Positions 35,519 to 46,428 of a stretch of 47,279 nt of DNA are shown piece by piece. Under the pieces are notes generated by a model. That model saw only the letters and a list, made by a program, of their open reading frames with translations. It ran no database searches and was not told where the DNA came from. Position 1 is the first letter of the stretch, and each line of letters begins with the position of its first letter. The DNA lies in contig CAZXMK010000001.1 of assembly GCA_964641935.1 (NCBI GenBank), positions 1-47,279 on the forward strand. Direction: 5' to 3'. Both the position numbers and the translations under genes were made by a program. This stretch comes from an uncultured Syntrophaceae bacterium. GTDB lineage: Bacteria; Desulfobacterota; Syntrophia; Syntrophales; PHBD01.

Positions 35519-36769
35519 TCATGCCTTCTCCCTTTTCACATCGGCCCCGAGAGCGGAAAACTTCTTCTCCATGGACTCATACCCGCGATCCAGGTGGTAG
35601 ACTCGGGCGACTTCCGTCCGTCCCTCCGCGGCCAGCCCTGCCAGGACCAGGGACGCAGATGCCCTGAGGTCCGTGGCCATGACCGGTGCTCCGAGAAGCC
35701 GCGGGACCCCTCTCACGAAGGCGCTGCTTCCCTGGATGTCGATGTCCGCGCCCATCCGAAGCAGTTCGCTCACGTGCATGAAGCGGTTTTCGAAGACCGT
35801 CTCGGTCACGACGCTGAAACCCTGCCCGAGAGCCATCATCGCCATGATCTGCGCCTGGAGGTCCGTCGGAAACCCGGGATAAGGAAGGGTCTTCACATCG
35901 ACGCTCGCGATCCGTCGGGTCCCGGTGGCCCGGATTCCACCAGGCTCCGTCTCGATGGTCATGCCCGATTCCTGGAGCTTCACAATCAGCGCCTCGATGT
36001 GGCCGGGATCGCATCCCGTCAGGCGGATGTCCCCGCCCGTCATGCCGGCGGCAATCAGGAACGTTCCCGCCTCGATCCGGTCCGGGATGACGGAGGCCTC
36101 CGCGGGGTGAAGGCGCGGGACCCCTTCAATCGTGATCACGTCCGTTCCCGCTCCATGGATGCGTGCACCCATCCCGACCAGAACATCGGCCAGGTTGACC
36201 ACTTCGGGCTCTTTCGCGGCATTCTGCAGGATGGTCGTCCCCTCGGCGAGGGTCGCTGCCATCATGATGTTCTCCGTTCCCGTTACGGTGGAGAGATCGA
36301 AGTAAATCCGGGCCCCTTTGAGCCTCCGCGCCCTCGCATCAATGTATCCCTCCTCCAGACGGATCTCCGCTCCCATCTCCTCCAACGCCTTGATGTGCAG
36401 GTTGACGGGTCTTGCCCCGATGGCGCACCCGCCGGGCAGGGAGACCCGTGCCCGGCCCATCCTGGCCACCAGCGGTCCCAGGACCAGAATGGAGGCCCGC
36501 ATCGTCTTCACCAGGTCATAGGGCGCCTCGCAGCTGGTGATCGTGGTGGCGTCCACCTCGATGGTACCGTTTCCTTCCGTTCGCACACCGAGGTTGTGCA
36601 GCAGCCTGCGGGCCGTCTTGATGTCCACCAGGTTCGGAATATTTCCGAATCGGTTCGTACCCTCCGTCAGGAGCGTTGAAAACAGGATGGGCAGCGCCGC
36701 ATTTTTCGCGCCGCTGACAGGCACTTCCCCCTTCAGCTTCCTCCCCCCCTGGATGACGATTTTATCCAT
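35519..36769 (-). CDS. murA: UDP-N-acetylglucosamine 1-carboxyvinyltransferase
   Basis: [29 protein letters not shown] ... [15 protein letters not shown] (catalytic Cys) ... HLDRGYE. Confidence 0.96.
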   Translation of the reverse strand: MDKIVIQGGRKLKGEVPVSGAKNAALPILFSTLLTEGTNRFGNIPNLVDIKTARRLLHNLGVRTEGNGTIEVDATTITSCEAPYDLVKTMRASILVLGPLVARMGRARVSLPGGCAIGARPVNLHIKALEEMGAEIRLEEGYIDARARRLKGARIYFDLSTVTGTENIMMAATLAEGTTILQNAAKEPEVVNLADVLVGMGARIHGAGTDVITIEGVPRLHPAEASVIPDRIEAGTFLIAAGMTGGDIRLTGCDPGHIEALIVKLQESGMTIETEPGGIRATGTRRIASVDVKTLPYPGFPTDLQAQIMAMMALGQGFSVVTETVFENRFMHVSELLRMGADIDIQGSSAFVRGVPRLLGAPVMATDLRASASLVLAGLAAEGRTEVARVYHLDRGYESMEKKFSALGADVKREKA

Positions 36770-37619
36770 GTTTGATCTCCACCTTCCTGGCCTTCACAAC
36801 GCGGTCACGGCCCCCGTAATCCTGCCGGATGCCGATGCGGTCATAACGGCCGTCCTCCTTCAAGGCTTCCGCGAGTTTTTTCGCCTGCCGGTCGCCCGTC
36901 TCCAACAGAAGCCAGCCTCCCTCCTTCAGGACGGACGGGGCACCCGAGATCAGCCGGCGGTGTAACGCCGTTCCGTCACCCGGAGCCCACAGGGCTTCTT
37001 TCGGTTCATATTCCCTTACCCCGGGAGGCAGCTCCCTGAATTCATCCTCCGGAATGTAAGGGGGGTTCGAGACAATCAGATCAAAAGGTCCGCGAAGCGG
37101 CTCCAGGAGGTCCGCCACCACGATGGACACCCGATCCGCCAAGCCCGCCCGTTCCGCGTTTCCCGCCGCCGCCGTCGCGGCCTCGGGAGAGCGATCCGTC
37201 GCCACAATCCATGCCTGGGGCAGCTCACGGGACATCGCTACGGCCACGGCACCGCTTCCCGTTCCTACATCCAGGATGTGGTCACGGGCCTGTGCCACCC
37301 GGAGGGCCTCTTCGACAAGAATTTCCGTGTCCGCCCGGGGAATCAGGACCCGCCGGTCAACGGCGATGGGGATCGACCAGAACTCCTTTTCTCCGACGAT
37401 GTAGGCGACCGGCTCCTGCCGCCGGCGCCTCTCCACCCAATCCTGAAACCTGTCAAGGACATCCGGACCAATGATCTCCTCCGGATGGGAATAGAGATGC
37501 GTGCGATCCGTCCCGAGAGAGCGGCACAGCAAGACTTCGGCGTCCAGGCGCGGGGTGGGCAGATCGTGACGGCGAAGGAAGTCCGTCGCCTCGTGCAGAG
37601 CGGAACGGATGGTTGCCAT
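36762..37619 (-). CDS. prmC: Release factor glutamine N5-methyltransferase
   Basis: SAM motif [13 protein letters not shown] and the catalytic NPPY (IVSNPPYIP). It lies immediately downstream of prfA. Confidence 0.9.
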   Translation of the reverse strand: MATIRSALHEATDFLRRHDLPTPRLDAEVLLCRSLGTDRTHLYSHPEEIIGPDVLDRFQDWVERRRRQEPVAYIVGEKEFWSIPIAVDRRVLIPRADTEILVEEALRVAQARDHILDVGTGSGAVAVAMSRELPQAWIVATDRSPEAATAAAGNAERAGLADRVSIVVADLLEPLRGPFDLIVSNPPYIPEDEFRELPPGVREYEPKEALWAPGDGTALHRRLISGAPSVLKEGGWLLLETGDRQAKKLAEALKEDGRYDRIGIRQDYGGRDRVVKARKVEIKHG

Positions 37620-37659
37620 GAATCCCCCCGATTCACAGCGGTCTCGGTACGAGCCGGCT

Positions 37660-38733
37660 TCAGGCGGGTGTCGCCGCCTTGAGGACGTTCGCCTGAAAAT
37701 GGGTCGTCAGGGTGTCGATGATCCCCTGGATCTCGCCGTCCAGGATGCTCTCCAGGTTGTACAGGGTCAGCCCGATGCGATGATCCGTGACCCGGCCCTG
37801 GGGAAAGTTGTAGGTCCGGATGCGCTCGCTGCGGTCCCCGCTCCCCACTTGGCTTCGCCGTGCTTCCGTAATTTCGGCGTTCTGTTTCTGCACCATGATG
37901 TCCAGGAGCCTCGCCCGGAGCACCTTCATCGCCTTCGCCTTGTTCTTGAGCTGGGATTTCTCATCCTGGCAGGTGACGATCAGGCCGGTGGGCAGATGCG
38001 TGATCCTCACCGCCGAATCGGTCGTGTTGACACTCTGCCCGCCATGACCGCTGGAATGGTAAACATCGATCCGAAGTTCGTTCGGGTCGATCTGAACGTC
38101 CACTTCTTCCGCCTCCGGAAGGATCGCCACCGTAACCGCCGAGGTGTGGATCCGGCCCTGGGACTCCGTAACGGGAACCCGCTGCACCCGGTGTACGCCG
38201 CTTTCGTACTTGAGGCGGCTGTAGGCCCCGCGGCCCTCGATCATGGCGATGATTTCCTTGAAGCCGCCTACTCCTCCGGACGGGCTGCCGCTGATCACTT
38301 CGACCTTCCATCCGGACCGCTCGGCATAGCGGGCATACATGCGGAAGAGATCGGCCGCGAAGAGCCCCGCCTCGTCGCCACCTGTGCCCGCGCGGATCTC
38401 CAGGAGAACATTTCTATCGTCGTTCGGGTCTTTCGGAAGCAGGAGGATTTTCAGACGCTCTTCCAGGATCGCCCTCTGTTCCTTGAGCCGGGGCAGTTCT
38501 TCCCGCACCAGCTCCTTCAACTCCTCGTCGTCCTCCCGGAGGATCCGCTGGTCCTCCTCGATCTGCCCGCTGAGCTTTTCATATTCCCGCCAGGCCTCCA
38601 CCAGGTCGTGCAGGTCGGAATGCTCCTTGGCATATTTCTGGTACAGGGAAGGCTTGGTGACGACGTCGGAACTGCTCAGCAAACCCTCAAGTTCCTGAAA
38701 CCGCTGATCGATGTCTTTCAGTCTCTTGAACAT
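37660..38733 (-). CDS. prfA: Peptide chain release factor 1
   Basis: RF1-type tripeptide context [16 protein letters not shown] and the GGQ motif ([17 protein letters not shown]). Confidence 0.96.
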   Translation of the reverse strand: MFKRLKDIDQRFQELEGLLSSSDVVTKPSLYQKYAKEHSDLHDLVEAWREYEKLSGQIEEDQRILREDDEELKELVREELPRLKEQRAILEERLKILLLPKDPNDDRNVLLEIRAGTGGDEAGLFAADLFRMYARYAERSGWKVEVISGSPSGGVGGFKEIIAMIEGRGAYSRLKYESGVHRVQRVPVTESQGRIHTSAVTVAILPEAEEVDVQIDPNELRIDVYHSSGHGGQSVNTTDSAVRITHLPTGLIVTCQDEKSQLKNKAKAMKVLRARLLDIMVQKQNAEITEARRSQVGSGDRSERIRTYNFPQGRVTDHRIGLTLYNLESILDGEIQGIIDTLTTHFQANVLKAATPA

Positions 38734-38911
38734 GGAGTTACCGAGAATCCGGGAGAAGGGGCGGGAATTCCCGGCATGCCGGCCGGGCCTGCCTGCCTGT
38801 CGCGGCCGTGCTTGCCTGGAAGTCTTCGGGGCACTTTACCCCGGGAAAGATGGAACACAGGGGTGCGGATCGGGACACAATGGAACCGGACAGTTTTTCC
38901 TGTCGCTCACT

Positions 38912-38936
38912 CCACAAAACCGGCCGCCGGACCGGT
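38912..38936 (-). terminator. Candidate intrinsic terminator after rpmE
   Basis: The minus strand reads ACCGG-UCCGGCGG-CCGGU followed by UUUG, about 35 nt after the rpmE stop. Confidence 0.45.
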
Positions 38937-38968
38937 CTCATACACACCTCCGCAAGCGGAGAAACCGC

Positions 38969-39187
38969 TTATTTTTCCTTATTCTGCTCCAGGGAGGCAT
39001 ATTTTTTCTTGAACCGCTCCACCCTCCCGGCCGTATCGACGATCTTCTGCTTTCCCGTCATGAAGGGATGGCAGTTAGAGCAGATTTCAACCTTGATGTC
39101 CTGGCGGGTGGACTTCGTTTCAATGACATTCCCGCAGACGCAGGTGATGGTCGTATTCTTGTATTCCGGATGGATTCCCTCTTTCAT
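38969..39187 (-). CDS. rpmE: 50S ribosomal protein L31 (zinc-binding type A)
   Basis: [47 protein letters not shown], with the CxC...CxxC cysteine pattern. Confidence 0.96.
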   Translation of the reverse strand: MKEGIHPEYKNTTITCVCGNVIETKSTRQDIKVEICSNCHPFMTGKQKIVDTAGRVERFKKKYASLEQNKEK

Positions 39188-39278
39188 GGGATTCTGTCTC
39201 CTTTTCCCTTTTTTATCCGAACCGTTTCACGAAAGGGTGTGCATCTAATCAAATCGGCCGGAAAATTCAAGCGGTATT

Positions 39279-40526
39279 TTACTGGTTCATGGAATCCAGG
39301 AACAACTGGTTCGTATCGGTCTTCCGGATCTTGTCGATGATGAACTCCATGGCATCCAGGGGATTCATCTCCTGGAGGAGCCTGCGCAGGATCCAGACCC
39401 GGTTCAGATTGGTCTTTGCAATCAGGAGCTCTTCCTTGCGGGTTCCGGAGCGGATCAGGTCGAAAGCCGGGAAGATGCGGCGGTCGGCGATGCGGCGGTC
39501 CAGGTGCAGCTCCATATTACCGGTTCCCTTGAACTCCTCGAAGATGACCTCGTCCATCCGGCTTCCCGTGTCGATGAGAGCCGTGGAGATGATGGTCAGG
39601 CTTCCGCCGTTTTCAATATTTCGGGCCGCGCCGAAGAAGCGCTTCGGCTTGTGGAGGGCGTTGGAATCGACACCGCCTGAGAGGACCTTCCCGCTGGGCG
39701 GAACCACCGTGTTGTACGCCCGGGCCAACCGGGTGATGCTGTCCAGTAAAATGACCACGTCGCGCTTGTGCTCCACGAGCCGTTTCGCCTTCTCGATGAC
39801 CATCTCCGCCACCTGGACGTGCCGGGTGGCCGGTTCGTCGAACGTGGAGGAGATGACCTCCCCCTGGACGCTCCGCTGCATGTCCGTGACTTCCTCCGGC
39901 CGCTCGTCGATGAGCAGGACCATGAGGATCACTTCCTTGTGGTTCTTGGCGATGCTGTGGGCGATATCCTGCAGGAGAACCGTTTTCCCCGCCCGGGGGG
40001 GGGACACGATCAAGCCCCGCTGTCCTTTCCCGATGGGCGTGAACAGGTCCATGATGCGGGTCGAAAAGTTCTCCGAATCCGATTCAAGGGCCAGCTTCTC
40101 CTGGGGGTACAACGGTGTCAGGTTGTCGAAAAGGATCTTGTCCCGGGCGGCGTCGGGGTGTTCGTAATTGACGGAATCGACCTTCAGCAGGGCGAAGTAC
40201 TTCTCGCCCTCTTTGGGAGGCCGGACCTCTCCGGAAATCGTGTCGCCGGTCCGCAGGCTGAAGCGCCGGATCTGGGAAGGGGATACATAGATGTCGTCGG
40301 GGCTGGGAAGATAGTTGTAGTCCACGGCGCGAAGGAATCCAAACCCGTCCGGAAGGATCTCCAGAACGCCGGTTCCGGAGATGACGCCATTCTTGTCCGA
40401 CTGTGCCTGCAGGATGGAAAAGATGAGGTCCTGCCGCCGCATGCCTCCGGCGCCCGGCACGTTGAGATCCTTTGCCAGGCCGGCCAATTCGCTGATGGGG
40501 AGTCTCTTGATTTCCTCGATGTTCAT
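39279..40526 (-). CDS. rho: Transcription termination factor Rho
   Basis: Start [21 protein letters not shown]. Also has the RNA-binding domain, Walker A (PPRAGKT), and [30 protein letters not shown]. Confidence 0.96.
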   Translation of the reverse strand: MNIEEIKRLPISELAGLAKDLNVPGAGGMRRQDLIFSILQAQSDKNGVISGTGVLEILPDGFGFLRAVDYNYLPSPDDIYVSPSQIRRFSLRTGDTISGEVRPPKEGEKYFALLKVDSVNYEHPDAARDKILFDNLTPLYPQEKLALESDSENFSTRIMDLFTPIGKGQRGLIVSPPRAGKTVLLQDIAHSIAKNHKEVILMVLLIDERPEEVTDMQRSVQGEVISSTFDEPATRHVQVAEMVIEKAKRLVEHKRDVVILLDSITRLARAYNTVVPPSGKVLSGGVDSNALHKPKRFFGAARNIENGGSLTIISTALIDTGSRMDEVIFEEFKGTGNMELHLDRRIADRRIFPAFDLIRSGTRKEELLIAKTNLNRVWILRRLLQEMNPLDAMEFIIDKIRKTDTNQLFLDSMNQ

Positions 40527-40783
40527 GTCGATTTCCTTTCCGTGTCGCTGCACGGATTCAGCCGGAACGCCGTCATGCGCCGACACGCGTGACTGTTCCC
40601 GGCACCATGATTCCCACTGTCTTCAAGTGGAATTGGCCATGTGTCAGAAATACGAATCTGGATTAGAACCGGTTTGCCAATTGGAACGCTGGAAACACTT
40701 GAAAAGGGAGGCTTAGACGTTACCTTTCAAAATTCCCGATTCCCTCTACCCGATGCCCTATAATGTGTCAAGGGATTTTTATC

Positions 40784-41602
40784 TTACAGGATATCCGCTT
40801 TCCGGTCCATCAAAATGAAATTCAGGTGCCTGCCCGAGCGCCCCGCGTCCCGACGGTGGGAGAACCAGTGTTCGGTCCCGCAGGAAGTGCAGGTATCGGA
40901 CAGGTGGATCTTTTCCGGAGAAAGGCCGCACGCCAGCAGTTGGGAGCAATTCGCCGCCGCCAGGTCGAACCTCCACTTCCCCGGCCCCGCCGGGGTCAGA
41001 AATGACGTCTGGCCGGATCCCAGGTCCTCCATGGCCCGGTAGACGGGCGTATCCACCTCGTAGCAGCACGGCCCGATGGCAGGCCCTACCGCTGCCAGGA
41101 GATCCCGCGGATCGGACGAGAAGCGGTCCCGGAAGCAGTCGGCCACCCGCCCAGCGACGCCCAGGGAGGTCCCCCGCCAGCCGGCGTGGACCGCCGCGAC
41201 AATCCCCTTCCGGGGGTCCGCCATCAGGATGGGGACGCAGTCCGCTGTCCGGATGCAGAGGGCCAGCCCCGGCCGGCTCGTGACGATGGCGTCAAAGCGG
41301 AGAGGCTGGCAGGTGAAGGTCGTGAACGCGGGATCATCAATGACCAGAACGTCGTTCCCGTGCACCTGGTGAACGTTGAAAAACTGGCGCCGGGTCAGAC
41401 CGAAGGACTCCGCCGCCCGGTCCCAGTTCGCCCGGACGCATTCTTCCGGGTCTCCTTCGGAAGTACTGAAGTTGAGGCTTTCGAAAGGTCCCGAGCTGAC
41501 TCCATCCCGGCGCGTGCAGAAGGCGTGGGTCACGAAACCCAGTTCCCTCAGGGGCACGCATTCAAGGTACGATACGGATCCTCTCTGCACAAGCTCAAAC
41601 AT
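40784..41602 (-). CDS. pgeF: YfiH/PgeF family purine nucleoside phosphorylase / peptidoglycan editing factor (DUF152, laccase-domain)
   Basis: HAFCTRRDGVS ... QVHGNDV ... TADCVPIL ... HAGWRG ... CTSC ... FSHRRD. I prefer the start MFELVQ at 41602, which overlaps the end of rluD by 8 nt. Confidence 0.85.
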   Translation of the reverse strand: MFELVQRGSVSYLECVPLRELGFVTHAFCTRRDGVSSGPFESLNFSTSEGDPEECVRANWDRAAESFGLTRRQFFNVHQVHGNDVLVIDDPAFTTFTCQPLRFDAIVTSRPGLALCIRTADCVPILMADPRKGIVAAVHAGWRGTSLGVAGRVADCFRDRFSSDPRDLLAAVGPAIGPCCYEVDTPVYRAMEDLGSGQTSFLTPAGPGKWRFDLAAANCSQLLACGLSPEKIHLSDTCTSCGTEHWFSHRRDAGRSGRHLNFILMDRKADIL

Positions 41603-42569
41603 GCATCCGCCTCCCCCGGAGGGCTTCGCACAGTCCCGCCATGTCCGCCGGCAAGGGGGACTCGAAGGACAGGGGAATTCCCTGGAGGGGATGCCGGAAG
41701 GCAATCCGGGCCGCGTGCAGGGCCTGGCGCTTCATTCCCCGGAGAATCGACCGTGTTTCCATGTCCGAAACCAACTTCAGCAGGCCGGACCGCCCGTAAA
41801 CAGTGTCTCCCAGGACGGGATATCCCTGGGAAGCGAGGTGCACCCGGATCTGGTGGGTCCTGCCCGTCAGGAGGCCGACCTCCAGCAGCGTCGCGACGCC
41901 GAAGCGCTCCCGCACACGCCAGCGGGTGACGGCGTCACGGCCCCGGGAACTCCGGGTGGACATCTTCTTCCGGTCCGACGGATGCCGCCCCACGGGCAGG
42001 AGCACCTCCCCGGCATCCGCCGGGGGTGCACCCAGGACCACGGCCAGATAGGTCTTGTCGATGCTGCGTTCCCTGAACTGCGCGGCAAGACCCCGATGAG
42101 CCCCGTCCGTCTTGGCGACCAGGAGCAGCCCGGACGTGTCACGGTCCAGGCGGTGGACGATCCCGGGCCGGAGCACCCCGCCGATACCGGACAGATCCCG
42201 GCAGTGATGAAGAAGGGCATGCACGAGGGTGCCGCTGGAATGGCCCGCTGCGGGGTGGACCACCATTCCCGCCGGTTTGTCCACCACCAGCAGGTGCTCA
42301 TCCTCGAAAAGGACGGACAGGGGGATCGCCTCCGGCTGAACATCCAGGGGCGCCGGCTCTGGAATCGCCAGCTCCACGGCCTCTCCCTCGCGGAGCCGAT
42401 GACCCGCCTTGACCCGCCGGCCGTTGACGAGGACCCGTCCCTCCTCCACGGCCTTCCGGATCTGTGATCTTGAAAGGCCCGCGTCCCCGCCGGCCAGGTA
42501 CACGTCCAGGCGCACGCCCTCGCCATCCGCCGTGACCGTATACCGCCCCATCTTCGGGTCCGCCGTCAC
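41595..42569 (-). CDS. rluD: RluA-family 23S rRNA pseudouridine synthase (RluD-like)
   Basis: N-terminal S4 domain (RLDVYLA ... SRSQIRKAVEEGRVLVNGR) and the catalytic HRLDRDTSGLLLVAK. Confidence 0.9.
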   Translation of the reverse strand: MTADPKMGRYTVTADGEGVRLDVYLAGGDAGLSRSQIRKAVEEGRVLVNGRRVKAGHRLREGEAVELAIPEPAPLDVQPEAIPLSVLFEDEHLLVVDKPAGMVVHPAAGHSSGTLVHALLHHCRDLSGIGGVLRPGIVHRLDRDTSGLLLVAKTDGAHRGLAAQFRERSIDKTYLAVVLGAPPADAGEVLLPVGRHPSDRKKMSTRSSRGRDAVTRWRVRERFGVATLLEVGLLTGRTHQIRVHLASQGYPVLGDTVYGRSGLLKLVSDMETRSILRGMKRQALHAARIAFRHPLQGIPLSFESPLPADMAGLCEALRGRRMHV

Positions 42570-43978
42570 GGCGCCGACACCGCCCGCAGGGCATCCCGGA
42601 CGGCCTGGAGGTCTCCCTCGTCCAGGGTGCGGGCGTCCAGGAGAACTTCCTCGTCAGCGATCCGGGCAACTACCGGTAGCGGAAGCCCACGGAGCCGGTC
42701 TCCGAGGGAAGCCGACGACAGGCCGGCCATCCGGACGCCGATCAGCCAGGTGGGGATGTCCCGGGCGGGAAGAGAGCCTCCTCCGGCCATGGCGGTTCCC
42801 GGTTTCAGGGACAGGGCAATCCCCTCGATCCCCGCCCGCCGGAGGAGCGTCAGGAGTCGGCGGGCCCGTCTCCGAACGGCATCCAGGGGCTCCGAGAGGG
42901 CCTTCAGGACCCGGATCTCCTCCAGGGCCCGATCTGGTTTGAGATACGCAGCCAGGGTCGCTTCGAGGGCCGCCAGGGTCAGCTTGTCGATCCGCAGGGC
43001 CCGGTTCAGGGGATTCCGGCGTATCCTCTCCACGCTCTCCCTTTGGCCGAGGATGATCCCCGCCTGCGGCCCGCCGAGAAGCTTGTCCCCACTGAATGTA
43101 ACCACGTCCGCCCCGGAGGCGACGGCATCCCGGACGGTAGGCTCCCGCTCCAGCCCGAAGGGCTCCAGGTCGATCAGGCATCCGCTTCCCAGGTCGTGCA
43201 TGACCGGGATTCCGACCCTGCGTCCCAGCGCAACGAGGTCGGAAACGCCCACTTCCTCGGTAAACCCGACCACCCGGAAATTGCTTGTGTGCACTTTCAG
43301 GATCAGGCCTGTCTGCTCCGTGACGGCCCGTTCGTAATCCCCCAGGCGGGTCCGGTTGGTCGTGCCGACCTCCCGGAGACGGACACCGCTCTTTTCCATG
43401 ACCTCCGGAATCCGGAACTCGCCGCCGATCTCGACCAGTTCACCCCGGGAGACAACACCTTCCCGGCCTTCCGCCAGGGTGTTCAGAACAAGGAGGACGG
43501 CGGCGGCATTGTTGTTCACCACGAGGGCATCCTCCGCCCCGGTCAGAAGGAGCAGCAGGTCCCGGACGTGGTCGTATCGGAGTCCCCGCTCCCCCTTTTC
43601 CAGGTCGAACTCCAGATTCGAGTATCCTCCGGCTACCTCCGCCACCCGGAGAACCGCCTCCCGGCTCAGGGGAGCCCGCCCCAGATTCGTGTGAAGAATC
43701 ACGCCGGTGGCATTGATCACACGCTTGAGCCGGGGGGATTCCAGGTCGGCCATCCTCTTTTCAATGCCCTCAGCCACCGCCTGCCGGTCCGGAACGCAAA
43801 ATTCCTCTCCCACACCCGCGGCCAGGATCCGGTGCCGCAGGTCGTCCACGGCGGTGCGGCATGCCTCCCGGACGAATTCCCGGGGCATCTGCCGGAGGAG
43901 ACCCCGCTTTTCCAGGGACAGCATCAGCTCGTCTATCTTCGGTAGTTTCCGCAGCCGGGATTTTGTCCCTTCTTCCAT
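42566..43978 (-). CDS. selA: L-seryl-tRNA(Sec) selenium transferase (selenocysteine synthase)
   Basis: 470 aa. LRKLPKIDELM N-terminus, NATGVILHTNLGRAPL, VNNNAAAVLL, and the PLP-lysine block TFSGDKLLGGPQAGII. Confidence 0.9.
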   Translation of the reverse strand: MEEGTKSRLRKLPKIDELMLSLEKRGLLRQMPREFVREACRTAVDDLRHRILAAGVGEEFCVPDRQAVAEGIEKRMADLESPRLKRVINATGVILHTNLGRAPLSREAVLRVAEVAGGYSNLEFDLEKGERGLRYDHVRDLLLLLTGAEDALVVNNNAAAVLLVLNTLAEGREGVVSRGELVEIGGEFRIPEVMEKSGVRLREVGTTNRTRLGDYERAVTEQTGLILKVHTSNFRVVGFTEEVGVSDLVALGRRVGIPVMHDLGSGCLIDLEPFGLEREPTVRDAVASGADVVTFSGDKLLGGPQAGIILGQRESVERIRRNPLNRALRIDKLTLAALEATLAAYLKPDRALEEIRVLKALSEPLDAVRRRARRLLTLLRRAGIEGIALSLKPGTAMAGGGSLPARDIPTWLIGVRMAGLSSASLGDRLRGLPLPVVARIADEEVLLDARTLDEGDLQAVRDALRAVSAP

Positions 43979-44111
43979 GTTGATTTCCCTCCCTCACGGA
44001 ATCCCGATTTTCCAATCACATCCCGCCCGCCTGCACGGCGGGAAGGTGAATCCGCAATGCGGCGGGTTCGGCCATGCGGCCCGGATCACCCGGCCATGGA
44101 AAAGGCGGGCT

Positions 44112-45380
44112 TCACCACACCAGCGGTGAAACGATGGCTTCGCGGCAGAAATCGCGGAAGTTGTTCACCGCCGTGAAAAATTCGCGCATCAGGATGACCC
44201 AGTAGTAGCATCCCCGTTCTGTCAGGAAAAACGTGCCGTTCCGCTGGCGGAGCCCTCCAGCCGCCGTGAAGGCCGCGATGTCTTTCCAGAGATGCGGATA
44301 CACAGCCCCGAACTTTTCCTTCAGGTATGACTCCTTCAATTCCATGCTGAACAGCTTCATCATGAAATCGTAACGGATTCTCTCCTCAAGGCTGAAGGTC
44401 CGGGATGCCATCAGCGGCGGCTCTCCCCGAGCAATCCGGGTGACGTACTCGGCCACGTCGAAGGTGTTGGCATAGCAGGTTCCGTGGAGATACCCGATGG
44501 ACCCGCTGCCCAGGCCGGCATATTCGCCGTAATCCACGATGTATTCGTCGATGAGGGAGGGTTTGCGGCAGAAGCACCAGGCCGAGGACATCCGGTACGT
44601 CGGCCGGAGCCGTTCGAGAATGCGCCGGTAAAAAAGAGCCTCCTGCTTCATGTCCACGTATCCGAGCGTCCGGGTGACCATCTGGCGGGTCGAATCGGAC
44701 ACCATCAGGGGGTAATACGTCACCTGGTCCACGCCACTCCCCAACAGGACATCCAGATCCCGGTCGAGCATCTTGGGCGTCTGCGTGGGAAAATTGAACA
44801 TCATGTCGGCGTTGAGCGTATCGAACGCTCCCTGGTATGTCCGCAGGCGGCCGAGGATCTCTTCCCCGCCGCCGTACTTGTCGCGCCGCTCCATCTGCCG
44901 CAGGAGCCCGTCATCGAAGCTCTGGATGCCCACGGAAAGGCGGTTCACACCTGCCTGCTGCAGGATTTCCACGTTCCGGTCCGTCAGGTGATTCGGGTTC
45001 GTCTCCACGGAGATCTCGCGGACTCCGAATGTTTCCCGCGCCAGATGAAGCGTTTCCGCCAGTTCGTCCGGCAGGACCGTCGGCGTGCCGCCACCGACGT
45101 AGATGCCCTGGAAATCATAGCCCCGGGCGCGGTAGAGGCCCATCTCTTTCCTCAGGGCCTTGAAGTAGCGGCGGCAGACCTTCTCCTGGAAGACGAACCG
45201 GTTGAACGAGCAGTAGGGACACAGCCGTTCGCAGAAGGGAATGTGAAGATAGAGCAGGCGGGGCTCCGAGTCGGTGCAGGCCGGCAGTTCCGGGGGCGGG
45301 CCGGCCTGGAAACTCACGGCCCTGGAAAATTCCTTTTTTGCCTGCCTGCTGATCATCCGGTGAATCAATGAGGTCAACAT
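44112..45380 (-). CDS. HemN-family radical SAM protein (coproporphyrinogen III oxidase-like)
   Basis: LYLHIPFCERLCPYCSF (CxxxCxxC), then YVGGGTPT and a HemN C-terminal-like region. I prefer the start MLTSLIHRM. Confidence 0.8.
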   Translation of the reverse strand: MLTSLIHRMISRQAKKEFSRAVSFQAGPPPELPACTDSEPRLLYLHIPFCERLCPYCSFNRFVFQEKVCRRYFKALRKEMGLYRARGYDFQGIYVGGGTPTVLPDELAETLHLARETFGVREISVETNPNHLTDRNVEILQQAGVNRLSVGIQSFDDGLLRQMERRDKYGGGEEILGRLRTYQGAFDTLNADMMFNFPTQTPKMLDRDLDVLLGSGVDQVTYYPLMVSDSTRQMVTRTLGYVDMKQEALFYRRILERLRPTYRMSSAWCFCRKPSLIDEYIVDYGEYAGLGSGSIGYLHGTCYANTFDVAEYVTRIARGEPPLMASRTFSLEERIRYDFMMKLFSMELKESYLKEKFGAVYPHLWKDIAAFTAAGGLRQRNGTFFLTERGCYYWVILMREFFTAVNNFRDFCREAIVSPLVW

Positions 45381-45507
45381 GGGTTCTTCCGTCGGTGAGG
45401 GGCAGAGGCTAACAGACACTCCACAAATAATCAAGGAGTTTCGCCCACTCCCTTGCATCACCGGGTGCCTGGTGCTATAGGCTTGAAAGATTCATGAAAA
45501 GAAAGGA

Positions 45508-46083
45508 ATGGAAGGCATGGAGGAGAAAAGAGTCCTCACCCTGTGGACCGAAACCGGGAGAAACGAAGGCGATGCCGCCATCCTGAGAACACCCTGCCGG
45601 GAAGCGGCATCCCCGTTCCACCCGGAAACGATCCGGAACATCGAGACGCTGGTGAAAACCTTCCTCGATCGCAATGACGCCCTGGGCCTGGCGGCCCCGC
45701 AGATCGGCATCAGTGAGAGGATCGTGGTGTTCCGGAACAAGGGCTTCGACGAGAAGACCTGGTCGAAGAAGGATGACGATTACGACGTCCTGGTCAACCC
45801 GCGGATCACCCAGTCCCGGGGGGAACCGGTGAAGGGGGCGGAGGGCTGCCTTTCCTGCCCCGACATCCAGGTGGAGATCGACCGATTCCCGGAAATCAAG
45901 GTCCGGGCCCTGGACCGCCACGGGAAAAAGATCAACCGGCGCTATCTGGATTTCCTGGCCCGCATCGCCCAGCACGAGATCGACCACCTGGACGGGAAAC
46001 TCATCGTCGATTACGAGGGCAGTCTCTGGTATCCGAAGAAGAAGGAACGATTCTTCGCGGAGGTGCTTCGGGAACACTTTTAG
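45508..46083 (+). CDS. def: Peptide deformylase
   Basis: All three PDF motifs are present: GLAAPQIG, EGCLSCP and QHEIDHLDG. The overlapping minus ORF 45475..46107 is its antisense shadow. Confidence 0.9.
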   Translation: MEGMEEKRVLTLWTETGRNEGDAAILRTPCREAASPFHPETIRNIETLVKTFLDRNDALGLAAPQIGISERIVVFRNKGFDEKTWSKKDDDYDVLVNPRITQSRGEPVKGAEGCLSCPDIQVEIDRFPEIKVRALDRHGKKINRRYLDFLARIAQHEIDHLDGKLIVDYEGSLWYPKKKERFFAEVLREHF

Positions 46084-46428
46084 AAAGCGGGCGGATTTTA
46101 TCTGCATCCATCCAAAAATATGTCAGGACAACAATGCGGAATCAGACCGTACCATCAGAAGCCTTCGCTTCTCTCTCGACAAAGATGACATAGCGATGAC
46201 ATGAATCCCGCCGAAGTGTTCATATCATACATTTGACCCCAAGATTCGCGCCCGCGATCACCGAACACCCTGCCTCGTTGATCCCCGGGAGTATCCGAGA
46301 CCCGAGCGGCACCGGTGTTCGGATAAGTACCGGGCCGATATGGGAAAATCGTCTTCCCGAAGTGTCCCGTTCTCAAGCATGCCCGCCGTCGGCCGACCGC
46401 GCCAACCGGCGGGAAAGTCCATGATGCC

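Noticed and set aside
40760-40783. A perfect TTGACA just after the pgeF stop, considered as the rho promoter -35.
   Set aside because: The best -10 at 17 nt is TAGAGG, which is a poor match. This is possibly real given the 250-nt rho leader, but the support is too weak to list as a feature.
43979-44111. A tRNA-Sec (selC) or other RNA gene next to selA.
   Set aside because: The gap has one short hairpin (CCCGCC-N5-GGCGGG) but no cloverleaf, no long variable arm and no 8/9-bp acceptor stem. It looks like an ordinary intergenic spacer.
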